Source: Chloroflexota bacterium
GTDB lineage: Bacteria; Chloroflexota; UBA11872; VXOZ01
Assembly: GCA_012270555.1 (NCBI GenBank)
Contig: JAAXIC010000029.1
Coordinates: 11,601-75,600 of the forward strand
Direction: 5' to 3'
DNA: 64,000 nt
Positions 47,157-56,222 of this stretch are shown here, one piece after another. A program made the position numbers and the translations under genes. Positions within the stretch are counted from its first letter, which is position 1; each line of letters opens with the position of its first letter. The notes beneath the pieces are model-generated. The model saw only the letters and a program-made list of their open reading frames with translations. It did not search any database and was not told where the DNA came from.

Positions 47157-47465
47157 CTAGCCTTTGAGTGTGTTGATTTCATCTACGTTCAGCGTATCCC
47201 GATGACGCGACAGCGCCACAATGATGGCAAGACCCACCGCGGCTTCCGCAGCGGCAACCGTCAACGAGAAGATGACGAAAGCTTGCCCCAGCATGTTATC
47301 CAGCGCCACGGCAAACCCTACAAAAGTGACGTTGGCTCCCAGCAAAATAAGCTCAATTGACATAAACACAATAAGCAAGTTACGCCGCACCAGCACACCG
47401 AGCAAGCCGATGATGAAGAGTGCCGCGCCCAGCACCAAGTAGTATTCCAAGGCTGGGATGATCAT
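47157..47465 (-). CDS. nuoK: NADH-quinone oxidoreductase subunit K
   Basis: 102 aa, 3 TM, conserved Glu residues in TM2/TM3. Confidence 0.85.
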   Translation of the reverse strand: MIIPALEYYLVLGAALFIIGLLGVLVRRNLLIVFMSIELILLGANVTFVGFAVALDNMLGQAFVIFSLTVAAAEAAVGLAIIVALSRHRDTLNVDEINTLKG

Positions 47466-47466
47466 C

Positions 47467-48105
47467 TCAGTCGCCTATCTCCTCAGCGCTGTTTGGCCGG
47501 TTGCTGCTTCTGACGTTGGCTTTCTCGTACCGCTCCGCCATCCACTCTGACACCCCCATCTCAGAAGATGAGCGTGGCCGTCGCGGCCTTTGTCTCGCCA
47601 AGACGATGGCGCCCACTACCGCAGCCGTCAATAATACGGAGGCCACTTCAAAGGGAAGCAAGTAGTCGCGAAAGAGCACTTGCCCTAATGCCTGTACGTT
47701 CCCGCCCTGTCCCGCGACCCATGCGGGCGAATGGGGTCCCTGGGCACCAATGGTGATGGTGGCTCCGGTGAGGACGATGAACTCCAAGAAGAGGATGGCA
47801 CCAATCACTATGGCGAGAGGCGCTTGCACGTGAAACTGACGCACGCGCTCCACCGCACCGATATTGAGCAGCATCATGGTGAAGAGAAAGAGCACAATGA
47901 TAGCGCCGGCATAGATGATTATGTGCGCCGCGGCGAGAAACTCGGCGCGCAGCAGGATAAATATCCCTGCAAGATGGAACACAACGCCCACAAGCGAGAG
48001 CGCGCACTGGACCGGATTGCGCAGCATGATCACGAGCACGGCGAACACCACACTCGCAAGCGCAAAATACGCAAAGATCAGAGTGAGCAAGGTCTCGCTA
48101 GTCAA
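47467..48105 (-). CDS. nuoJ: NADH-quinone oxidoreductase subunit J
   Basis: 212 aa membrane subunit; synteny between nuoI and nuoK. Confidence 0.8.
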   Translation of the reverse strand: MTSETLLTLIFAYFALASVVFAVLVIMLRNPVQCALSLVGVVFHLAGIFILLRAEFLAAAHIIIYAGAIIVLFLFTMMLLNIGAVERVRQFHVQAPLAIVIGAILFLEFIVLTGATITIGAQGPHSPAWVAGQGGNVQALGQVLFRDYLLPFEVASVLLTAAVVGAIVLARQRPRRPRSSSEMGVSEWMAERYEKANVRSSNRPNSAEEIGD

Positions 48106-48556
48106 GCGTTGCGACCTCCTTGCCCTGCTTGTCCACCAGGTCCATCAGGCGGTCTACGTCGTAGATCAGCGTGCTGCGGTCGTCCGTTGAGAAGTCGAAT
48201 GCGTCGGTCATCTCTAAAGCCTCAACCGGGCAGGCTTCCACACAGAGGCTGCAGAAGAGACAGCGGCCGACATCCAACGTGTACGACGTCACCACTTTTT
48301 CCGTCGGCTGGGCAGGGTTCGACTCCGTTGTGATGGTGATGCACTCATTCGGACACGCCGTCTCACACAGGCCGCAGCCCACGCACTTTGGCCGTCCATC
48401 CGGTCTGCGTCTCATGCCCACCGCGCCGCGATAGATCGCAGAGAGGGGCCGCTTCTGCTCCGGGTAGCGGATGGTTACCGGCCGCCGGAAGAACTCACGA
48501 AGGGTAACGCTGAGCCCTTTCGCGATCGGCAGCAGCGAGTCAAACCGAAAACTCAT
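48098..48556 (-). CDS. nuoI: NADH-quinone oxidoreductase subunit I (2x[4Fe-4S] ferredoxin)
   Basis: Two CxxCxxCxxxCP motifs (CVGCGLCETACP, CLFCSLCVEACP). Confidence 0.9.
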   Translation of the reverse strand: MSFRFDSLLPIAKGLSVTLREFFRRPVTIRYPEQKRPLSAIYRGAVGMRRRPDGRPKCVGCGLCETACPNECITITTESNPAQPTEKVVTSYTLDVGRCLFCSLCVEACPVEALEMTDAFDFSTDDRSTLIYDVDRLMDLVDKQGKEVATLD

Positions 48557-48580
48557 TGCACACTCTCCCCCGATTTTTTC

Positions 48581-49600
48581 CTAGGCGTAAATCGTTAACT
48601 TGAGCACAGTGGCAACTGCCAAGTTGAGCAGTCCCAACGGCAAGAGCACTTTCCAGCAAAAGTTCATCATTTGGTCGTAGCGAAATCGCGGCAACGTGGC
48701 GCGAATCCAAAAGTAGATGAATAGAAAGAGGAAGACCTTGGACATCATGATGCCAACAGCCAGCAAGGTTGTGAAAAGATGCCCGATATATGGCTCCAGG
48801 AATTGCGCCGGCCACCCGCCGCCCAGGAAGACCGCGCTTACCAAGAAGGACGCCAAAAGCATGTTGGCGTACTCGGATAAGAAGAAGAATGAGAACCGCC
48901 AACCGGAATACTCGACGTGATATCCGGAAACAAGCTCAGTCTCCGCTTCCGGCAGGTCGAAGGGCGCGCGGTTGGTTTCCGCCAAGGCGGCACAAACAAA
49001 AACGAACGCGCCAATTATGAGAGGAATGGCGAAAGGAACTTGCTGCTGCCGCACGATTTCAGGCAGCGAGAGCGAACCCGCGAGGACCACAACGCCGACG
49101 AGCGCGATACCGAGCATGATCTCATAGCTGATCATCTGCGCGCTCGACCGCAGGCTTCCCAGCAGCGCATACTTGCTATTCGACGCCCACCCGGCCATGA
49201 CAATGCCGTACACCGCCACGGACGTAAGCGCCACGATGTAGAGTACGCCCACGTTGAGATCGGTGGCATAGAGGCCGATGACCCGTCCGAAGATGTGAAG
49301 CTCGGTACCGACCGGCACCACGGACCACGCCATAAAGGACGGCACCAAGAGCAAGAACGGGGCCAGGATGAAAAGGGCGCGGTCTGCTCCGGCCGGGATC
49401 ATGTCTTCTTTACCCAAGAGTTTGACGGCATCAGCCAGCGTTTGAAATGCGCCAAAGGGACCGACGCGGTTGGGGCCGAGGCGAGATTGAATGCGACCCA
49501 AGAGGCGCCGCTCGCCCCAAATGAGCGGAGGCACCACGAGCAGCGGCACCGCAAAGGCAATGATGGATTTGAAGATTACCGCGATGACAAGCTCTGTCAT
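48581..49600 (-). CDS. nuoH: NADH-quinone oxidoreductase subunit H
   Basis: 8-TM NuoH/ND1 family (…GERRLLGRIQSRLGPNRVGPFG…). Confidence 0.9.
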   Translation of the reverse strand: MTELVIAVIFKSIIAFAVPLLVVPPLIWGERRLLGRIQSRLGPNRVGPFGAFQTLADAVKLLGKEDMIPAGADRALFILAPFLLLVPSFMAWSVVPVGTELHIFGRVIGLYATDLNVGVLYIVALTSVAVYGIVMAGWASNSKYALLGSLRSSAQMISYEIMLGIALVGVVVLAGSLSLPEIVRQQQVPFAIPLIIGAFVFVCAALAETNRAPFDLPEAETELVSGYHVEYSGWRFSFFFLSEYANMLLASFLVSAVFLGGGWPAQFLEPYIGHLFTTLLAVGIMMSKVFLFLFIYFWIRATLPRFRYDQMMNFCWKVLLPLGLLNLAVATVLKLTIYA

Positions 49601-52158
49601 GTCTCATTCCTAGCTCGCGGCTGTGCCGAGCCAACTTCGGCCGCGGGAACGGCAGCACGCACCGATACCGCAACCGTGGCCTCCGCACCCAGTAACGCTC
49701 CCACCGGCGCGTCCGGGAAGCCAACGGGAAGGTAGACCACGTCTTCCGCCAAACGGTCATTTGCTTTCGCCGTAACAGTCACGTCCGCGCCATTTGCTTG
49801 GATCCCCACCTTCTCACCGTCGCTTACGCCAAGGCGCTCAAGTTGCGCCGGGTGCAATTCGGCAACCGGCTCCTCCACCAAACGGCGTAGGTTGCTGCTG
49901 TAGCGGCCGGTGACGCCCGGCACAAAGAGATGATCTTGAGTCACCAAGAGCAGTTTGCCGTCGCCGTTCACGCTTGGCAGCGCCGGCAGTTCTTGCCAGC
50001 CAAAGCGCGGTGCGCTGTGTGTGGTTGGGATGTCTGCCAGCACCGCGGCAATCTCTTGGGCCACTGAGTCCGAATTCTTGTACGTCCACCGCGCGCCAAG
50101 CTGCAACGCGAGTTCGGTGAAGATCTGCCAATCGGCTTTCGCTTCACCCACGGGGGGAATTGCCGCCTGCGCCCGTTGCGCGCGGCCTTCAAGATTGGTG
50201 TAGGTTCCAGTCTTCTCGGCAAAGCTGACCGCAGGCAGTACTACGTCGGCATGCTCCGCCGCCGTGCTGTTCACAAAGAGGTCCTGCACCACCACGAAAC
50301 CAGCCTGATCAAGGAGTGTCTGCGCCTGCTGGTGATTGCGAGCGCTCGCTGCCAAGTCTTCTCCAATGATGTAGAGCACGGAGACATCGGCGCCGGACAA
50401 GAGATCATCGAGCGTGAGTCCTTGCGATTCGGGCAGCACCACGTCCCACAGCCTCCCCAATGCACTGCGGGCCTGGGCGTCATCACCGCTGCGGAAATTC
50501 GGCAAGAGGTCCGCTCCCGCGCCCATTTGCACGAGGCCCCGAGAGTTTGCCTTGGCGGCGAGTGGGAAGAGGTGGGCTTCAGGCAATGCCAATGCAAGAT
50601 TGGCCGCCGCTTGCGCAAAGTTTCCGGCGCTGCCAATGAGCCAGTTGCCGAGTGCCCACACGATACCGACGCTGCCCGCCTGGGCGAGTTGTGCAGCAGT
50701 CTCACTCAAATCTGTCAGTTCGATTCCGGTGTCGGCGGCAGCAGTCTCGAGGTTGTAGTCCCGTAACTCCTCCGGCGCGCTGCCGTTACTGGACTGGCGG
50801 GAGAGCTCAGCCGCTAGTCCTTGGACAAGATGCTCCTCCGTTCCCGGTCGCACGCGCAGTACGCGTTGCGCGAAGCGGCTATCCTGTCTGCTTGGCAGAC
50901 TGCTGACCTGAATAAGCGCTTTGCCTTGGTCGCGCACCCACTGCCGCATCCGCATGCCGAGCACGTCGTGGCTTTCCATAATATCGCCGCCCACGACCAG
51001 GAAAGCATCCATGTGCTCCATTTGGGTGATGCTAAAATTAAAGGCGGCGGGTCCTAGCGTCTTGAGCGTGGGAATGAACGTCCAGCGCTCGGTGCTGTCG
51101 AGGTTGTTGGTGCCCACTACCTCTCGCATGAGACGTGAAACCAGATAGTTTTCTTCATCAGAGAGACGCCCGGATGTAATGGCTGCGATTGTGTCCGGCC
51201 CGTGCTGCGACTTTGCCTCGGCAATCTGGTTCGCCACCAAGGTGAGCGCTTCATCCCAGCTTGCCGGTTCCAGCGTGCCATTCCGGCGGATGAGCGGCTG
51301 TTTCACACGCCCATCGTCGTGAATGTAGTCGTAGCCAAAGCGGCCGCGCGTGCAGAGCATGCCGTCGCCAGGACCGCGGTCGCGTGTGTTAACCGGTGTT
51401 TGGTCACGGAGCGCGGGGTTCGCTTTTGTGCGCAATACCTCGCCCATGCGGGTCTCGACGTGCATCTGGCAACCGACGCTGCAGTGGTTGCAAATGGATT
51501 CGCTTTGGTTCACCTGCCATGCGCGTCCACTGTGCATGAATGGGCGGCTGAGCAGAGCACCTACCGGGCACACTTCGATGCACTCGCCGCACTCGACGCA
51601 GTCGAGCGGTTCGTCGAACTGTGTCCCAATGTAGCTATGAAAACCGCGCAGGTTGAAGGTAAGCGCGCTATCCCCAACGCGTTCGTCGCAGATGCGCACA
51701 CATTTGCCGCAGTAGATACAGCGATTTGGATCCCATTCAATCAAAGGACTGAATTCGTGGTCGGGCTCGTTTGGATTGTCGCTACCCAACTTGCTGCGGT
51801 ACACCCCTACTTCATAGGCGGTGTGCTGCAGGTCGCAGACACCCGACTTGTCGCAATAGGGACAATCCAGCGGGTGATGCTGCAGGGTCATTTCCATGAT
51901 GCCCTGCTGGGCGTGCACCACGGGTTCGGTCTTCGTGCTCACCACCATGCCGTTCATGGCCATGGTGTTGCAGGAAGAGAGCGGCTTCGGCGCGCGTTCA
52001 ACCTCCACGACGCACATGCGGCACGCGCCGTAGGGCTTGAGAAAGGTGTCGAAGCACAGCGTAGGAATGTAGATGCCGGCTTTGCGTGCGGCATCGAGGA
52101 TTGTGGAACCGTCAGGTACCGTTACCTCTTGACCGTCAACTGTAAGTGTTACCGGCAT
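49597..52158 (-). CDS. nuoG: NADH-quinone oxidoreductase subunit G (75-kDa Fe-S subunit)
   Basis: N-terminal 2Fe-2S ferredoxin fold (TLCFD…CRMC), 4Fe-4S clusters (HPLDCPYCDKSGVCDLQ; CIYCGKCVRIC; CVECGECIEVCP), molybdopterin-oxidoreductase-like C-terminal domain. Confidence 0.85.
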   Translation of the reverse strand: MPVTLTVDGQEVTVPDGSTILDAARKAGIYIPTLCFDTFLKPYGACRMCVVEVERAPKPLSSCNTMAMNGMVVSTKTEPVVHAQQGIMEMTLQHHPLDCPYCDKSGVCDLQHTAYEVGVYRSKLGSDNPNEPDHEFSPLIEWDPNRCIYCGKCVRICDERVGDSALTFNLRGFHSYIGTQFDEPLDCVECGECIEVCPVGALLSRPFMHSGRAWQVNQSESICNHCSVGCQMHVETRMGEVLRTKANPALRDQTPVNTRDRGPGDGMLCTRGRFGYDYIHDDGRVKQPLIRRNGTLEPASWDEALTLVANQIAEAKSQHGPDTIAAITSGRLSDEENYLVSRLMREVVGTNNLDSTERWTFIPTLKTLGPAAFNFSITQMEHMDAFLVVGGDIMESHDVLGMRMRQWVRDQGKALIQVSSLPSRQDSRFAQRVLRVRPGTEEHLVQGLAAELSRQSSNGSAPEELRDYNLETAAADTGIELTDLSETAAQLAQAGSVGIVWALGNWLIGSAGNFAQAAANLALALPEAHLFPLAAKANSRGLVQMGAGADLLPNFRSGDDAQARSALGRLWDVVLPESQGLTLDDLLSGADVSVLYIIGEDLAASARNHQQAQTLLDQAGFVVVQDLFVNSTAAEHADVVLPAVSFAEKTGTYTNLEGRAQRAQAAIPPVGEAKADWQIFTELALQLGARWTYKNSDSVAQEIAAVLADIPTTHSAPRFGWQELPALPSVNGDGKLLLVTQDHLFVPGVTGRYSSNLRRLVEEPVAELHPAQLERLGVSDGEKVGIQANGADVTVTAKANDRLAEDVVYLPVGFPDAPVGALLGAEATVAVSVRAAVPAAEVGSAQPRARNET

Positions 52159-52218
52159 GCTTCCCTCTTCCCAGCCGTGCCAACAACTAAACTCGCTTGC
52201 TTGTATCCCATCCTGGAC

Positions 52219-53424
52219 TTAGCGATCAATTTCACCGAGCACAATATCTATACTGCCAATCACCGAAACCACGTCAGCCAAGAGCCGTCCTTTGACGAGG
52301 TACGGCAATGACTGCAAATTGACAAAGGAAGGCGAGCGCACGTGCATGCGGTAGGGTTTGCCGCTGCCGTCGCTGACCACATAGAAGCCGAGTTCACCTT
52401 TGGGCGCTTCAATCGCAACATACGTCTCGCCACGCGGCACCGGGAAGCCGTGGATGTACATCCAGAAATGATTGATCATCGCTTCCATGTCTGTATAGAG
52501 GCGCGGCGTGTCCGGTCGGGCGACACGTGCGTCATCGGTCATCACGGGGCCGGGTGGCAAGTGCTCGATCACCTGACGCATAATGCGCACGCTCTGGCGC
52601 ATCTCCTCAAGGCGCAGCAGGTAGCGGCTATAGACATCGCCTTTGCCGGTGCCGGTTGGGATGTCGAACTCCACCTTGTCGTAGGCGGCATATGGTTCTG
52701 CCTTGCGGATGTCCCACTCCACCCCCGATCCACGCAAGCAAGCGCCGGACAACCCCATCGCGATGGCGTCGTCGCCGGATATCACGCCTACGTCCACGGT
52801 GCGGCCCAGCCAGAGGTCGTTCTTGCTGAGCAGCTTGTCAAACTGGTTGATTTCCTTGATGAAGTAGTCCAGTGAACTTTCTAGCTTCTCATAGAAGGGC
52901 TCGCGCGGCTCTTCCAGAAAGCCACCGGGACGCATCACGCTGTGCGTCATGCGCGCACCGCAGAGTTCTTCAAAGAGCTCCAAAACGCGTTCGCGGGCGC
53001 GAAAGGCATAGAGGAATACCGACATGGCGCCGATGTCTAGCGCATGGGTGCCGATCCATACGAGATGTCCCGCCAGACGCCCCAGTTCGCCGACGATGCA
53101 GCGCAGCCATTGCGCGCGTTCCGGCACCTCGATGCCGGCAAGCGTCTCCACAGCCACCAGCCAGCCAAGGTTGCTGGAAGCCGCGGCGGTATAGTCCATG
53201 CGGTCCGTGTACCCCAGGATCTGGGTATACGTCTCGCTTTCGGCGATCTTTTCCGTGCCGCGGTGCAGGTAGCCAATGATGGGTACGGCTTCCTCAATGT
53301 ACTCACCGTCCATCTTCAGGACGACGCGCAGCACGCCGTGGGTACTGGGATGCTGCGGCCCCATGTTCAGGATCAGTCCTGAATCATCTTCACCGGCAAT
53401 GCGTTCAATCTCTACAGTCGCCAT
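52219..53424 (-). CDS. nuoD: NADH-quinone oxidoreductase subunit D
   Basis: 49-kDa subunit signature (MGPQHPSTHGVLRVVLKMDGE…). Confidence 0.9.
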   Translation of the reverse strand: MATVEIERIAGEDDSGLILNMGPQHPSTHGVLRVVLKMDGEYIEEAVPIIGYLHRGTEKIAESETYTQILGYTDRMDYTAAASSNLGWLVAVETLAGIEVPERAQWLRCIVGELGRLAGHLVWIGTHALDIGAMSVFLYAFRARERVLELFEELCGARMTHSVMRPGGFLEEPREPFYEKLESSLDYFIKEINQFDKLLSKNDLWLGRTVDVGVISGDDAIAMGLSGACLRGSGVEWDIRKAEPYAAYDKVEFDIPTGTGKGDVYSRYLLRLEEMRQSVRIMRQVIEHLPPGPVMTDDARVARPDTPRLYTDMEAMINHFWMYIHGFPVPRGETYVAIEAPKGELGFYVVSDGSGKPYRMHVRSPSFVNLQSLPYLVKGRLLADVVSVIGSIDIVLGEIDR

Positions 53425-53463
53425 GTGACGCTCTCACTACTCCTGAGGTAGTGCTTTACTCGA

Positions 53464-53934
53464 CTAAAGCCCCTCGCGCGGAAAGTCCTTGCGCAAGGGG
53501 TGATACTCATAATCTTCATCCATGAGGATGCGCCGGAGGTCGGGATGATTGACGAAGTTTACGCCCATCAGATCGTAGACTTCGCGTTCCGGCCAGTCGG
53601 CGCCCGGCCAGACCTGTGCCATCGATTCTACTGACTCATGTGCAGCTATGCGCGTTTTGACGCGGATACGTCGATTAGCGGGGATTGAGCGTAGATGGTA
53701 GACGACTTCCAGTTCTTGCGATTCGCCGGGCCAATGTACTGCCGTGACATCACCGAAAAAGTTGAACCTTAGCTCGGGGTCGTCGCGCAGCGCCGTTGCA
53801 ACCACCAGCAGATCCGTGGCGGCGATTTCTATGGTCAAGTAGTTGCGGAGGGAGTTTGCGGCAATGACTCTATCGCCTAAGACGGCCTTCACACGTTCGT
53901 GGATCAGATCAGCGGCGACTGGCGGCGGAATGCT
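53464..53934 (-). CDS. nuoC: NADH-quinone oxidoreductase subunit C
   Basis: 30-kDa subunit family. ORF-track N-terminal 47 aa (Ala/Arg/Gly-rich) overlap nuoB; GTG at 53934 (MSIPPPVAADLIHERV…) with AAGGAG upstream preferred. Confidence 0.75.
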   Translation of the reverse strand, partial: SIPPPVAADLIHERVKAVLGDRVIAANSLRNYLTIEIAATDLLVVATALRDDPELRFNFFGDVTAVHWPGESQELEVVYHLRSIPANRRIRVKTRIAAHESVESMAQVWPGADWPEREVYDLMGVNFVNHPDLRRILMDEDYEYHPLRKDFPREGL

Positions 53935-53945
53935 CACGGAAACAC

Positions 53946-54497
53946 TTACTCCTTCGCGCCCGCAGCCGCGCGCGCGGTGAGCAGTGCCTCTTCCGAACCG
54001 GCCCACTCGCCCTGCTTGATCTTCTGCTGCAACAGCATGAGACCCTCGAGCAGCGCCTCGGGCCGCGGCGGGCAACCGGGCACGTAGATGTCTACGGGAA
54101 CGGCAAGATCCACCCCTTGCAGCACACTATAGGAGCGATACGGCCCGCCGCACGTAGCGCAATTGCCGTGTGCAATCACCCAGCACGGCCTGGCCATCTG
54201 CTCCCAAAGGTTCCGTATGATCGGGGCCATCTTCTTCGTGACCGTACCGGCAACAATCATTACATCCGATTGCCGCGGTGTGGCGCGCGGCGCCATGCCG
54301 AAGCGGTCCATGTCATAGTGCGAGGCGAAGAGCGCCATCATCTCGATTGCGCAGCACGCGAGGCCGAACGTCATGGGCCACAACGCGTTTGCCCGCCCCC
54401 AGTTCAGAATCTGGTCAGCGGAGGCAAGCACGAAGCCGGAAGCACCCGTCTTTTGCCCGGCAGCGGGCAGTGTTAGCGTATCTTCTATAGCCCCCAA
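53946..54497 (-). CDS. nuoB: NADH-quinone oxidoreductase subunit B (20-kDa, N2 cluster)
   Basis: Conserved [10 protein letters not shown] and …CPPRPEAL… cysteine motifs. TTG at 54497 with AAGGAG at -7 preferred over TTG 54518. Confidence 0.85.
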   Translation of the reverse strand: MGAIEDTLTLPAAGQKTGASGFVLASADQILNWGRANALWPMTFGLACCAIEMMALFASHYDMDRFGMAPRATPRQSDVMIVAGTVTKKMAPIIRNLWEQMARPCWVIAHGNCATCGGPYRSYSVLQGVDLAVPVDIYVPGCPPRPEALLEGLMLLQQKIKQGEWAGSEEALLTARAAAGAKE

Positions 54498-54862
54498 TCG
54501 AATGCTCCTTTCTTCCAAGCGTAAATGTAGCCAACCAGCAAGATAGCGATGAAAACTGCCATTTCAATCAGGCCAAAGAGGCCGAGAGACCCTATGATTA
54601 CGGCCCATGGAAAGAGAAAGGCAAGCTCTAGGTCAAAGACGACGTATACAATCGCGACCATGTAGAAGTGCACCCCGTGCTTGCCGCGGGTATCGCCCAC
54701 CACGCCACTTGGGCCAATCCCCGACTCGTAGGGAACCGTGCGCAGGGGTCCGGGGCGAAACTTCGGTCGGAGCACGGAAGCAAGAGCCAGCGAGACGATC
54801 CCAAATGCGGATGCCGCGACGAAGGTCACGAGGAAGGGAATGTATCCGACGTAATACTCCAT
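54485..54862 (-). CDS. nuoA: NADH-quinone oxidoreductase subunit A
   Basis: 125 aa, 3 TM, NuoA/ND3 family; first gene of operon. Confidence 0.85.
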   Translation of the reverse strand: MEYYVGYIPFLVTFVAASAFGIVSLALASVLRPKFRPGPLRTVPYESGIGPSGVVGDTRGKHGVHFYMVAIVYVVFDLELAFLFPWAVIIGSLGLFGLIEMAVFIAILLVGYIYAWKKGAFDWGL

Positions 54863-54961
54863 CTGCTATCTTCTTGCCCTCAACTATGCCTGTATCAGTC
54901 GCGCTCCGGTCTTATAATGAACGAATTGTCCTTCATTTACAACCGCGTTCCGGTGCACGTC

Positions 54962-55624
54962 CTAACCTGACAGCGCACGCAGTACATCTGAGCAAGCGCC
55001 TTCCGCTGCTTGGCCTTCTGCCACACTTTCTCTCAGCACGTATGAGAGATACTCTACTTCGATTGAGAGATCGACACTGGCTAAGTGGACGTGAGGAGGC
55101 ACCTTTAGCGTAACGGGTGCGAAGTTCAGCAAGCAGCGCACCCCGGCAGCGACGAGTTGCTCGGTAACGCCCTGGGCCGCCTTTGCGGGCACGGCCAACA
55201 GCGCCATGACAATGTGGCGCGCTTGAATGGTTTCCTTGATCTGGTCCATCGGTTTCACGACCACGTCGCGGATCACCGTGCCGACGCGTCGTGGATCGGA
55301 ATCGAAAGCCTCGACAATGCGAAAGCCTTGGCGCGGAAAACCATCATATGCCAAGAGTGCGGAGCCCAAATTGCCAACGCCGATAAGTGCCATGGGCCAG
55401 CCCTCGCCAATACCCAAGATCTTCTGCACATGAGTCTGGAGCGAGTGCACCTCATACCCCACGCCGCGTCGACCGAAGCTCCCAAAATAAGCAAGGTCGC
55501 GGCGGACCTGGGCAGCAGTGGAACCGGTCAAGGCAGAGAGATGTTCGGAGGAGATGCTCTCCACTCCCTGCTCCCGTAGCGCAGCCAACGTACGATAGTA
55601 CATTGAGAGGCGTCTGATCGCCAT
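54962..55624 (-). CDS. rex: redox-sensing transcriptional repressor Rex
   Basis: N-terminal winged helix (AIRRLSMYYRTL…), Rossmann NADH-binding GxGxxG (IGVGNLGSALL). ATG at 55624 preferred over ORF-track 55657. Confidence 0.85.
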   Translation of the reverse strand: MAIRRLSMYYRTLAALREQGVESISSEHLSALTGSTAAQVRRDLAYFGSFGRRGVGYEVHSLQTHVQKILGIGEGWPMALIGVGNLGSALLAYDGFPRQGFRIVEAFDSDPRRVGTVIRDVVVKPMDQIKETIQARHIVMALLAVPAKAAQGVTEQLVAAGVRCLLNFAPVTLKVPPHVHLASVDLSIEVEYLSYVLRESVAEGQAAEGACSDVLRALSG

Positions 55625-55684
55625 CTGCGGCGCTTTTCCCCTCGGAGACCCAGACATTGGCGCTCCTCAAGTCAGAGGCAATTG

Positions 55685-55704
55685 CCACGTGAAACATATC
55701 ACAA
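55685..55704. promoter_or_regulatory. candidate Rex operator (ROP) upstream of rex
   Basis: Minus-strand reads cTTGTGAtatgtTTCACgtg, matching TTGTGAA-N4-TTCACAA consensus at 13/14 positions of the half-sites; 60-80 nt upstream of rex start. Confidence 0.5.
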
Positions 55705-56222
55705 GCTCCCGCCGTACGCAACTAATCAATGCCGTCTCCTAGGCGAAATTCTCCAGATTCTGATCCTCCATGCGCTCACGTATTTCTATTGCCAAATCGG
55801 TCGGAACCTACAGGATGCACTGCTCGGGATACGAGAGACTAGAGAGCGCGAAACTCACGGACCTCGTTTGTTTGGATGTCACACAAAACACAATTCGCTC
55901 CTAAACGACGTGCGCAGGGATCTGCAGCAAGAATCCTTACGAGACTCTCTGCGCAGTGTTGATGCAACGCTCGCTGCATTGATCTTGCGTGTAAGGAACA
56001 AGACAGCGGACCAATGGTGGGATGCGCCCGGCAAGAGTCACGTGCAACCGCTGTCCAGCCTGAGCGAAACTAAGCCAGTGAGTCCAAAGTGAGGGAAGAG
56101 AGAAAGGCGGGCGGATAGAATGCCGGCAAGGCAAAAGAACGTGCCCGGTCACTGTAGGGATGGGTAACCAGATACGCGTCAGGAACGGCAAGTCTCAATG
56201 CGAGTGAGGTGAGACGGTGCGC

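Noticed and set aside
51202-52311. 369-aa plus-strand ORF antisense to nuoG/nuoD
   Set aside because: Antisense to conserved Fe-S subunit genes; no motifs; GC-rich antisense artefact.
54863-54961. Canonical Rex operator upstream of nuoA
   Set aside because: No TGTGA…TCACA match in the 100-bp spacer; only an ATGAA-N10-TTCAT palindrome, which does not fit Rex half-site spacing.
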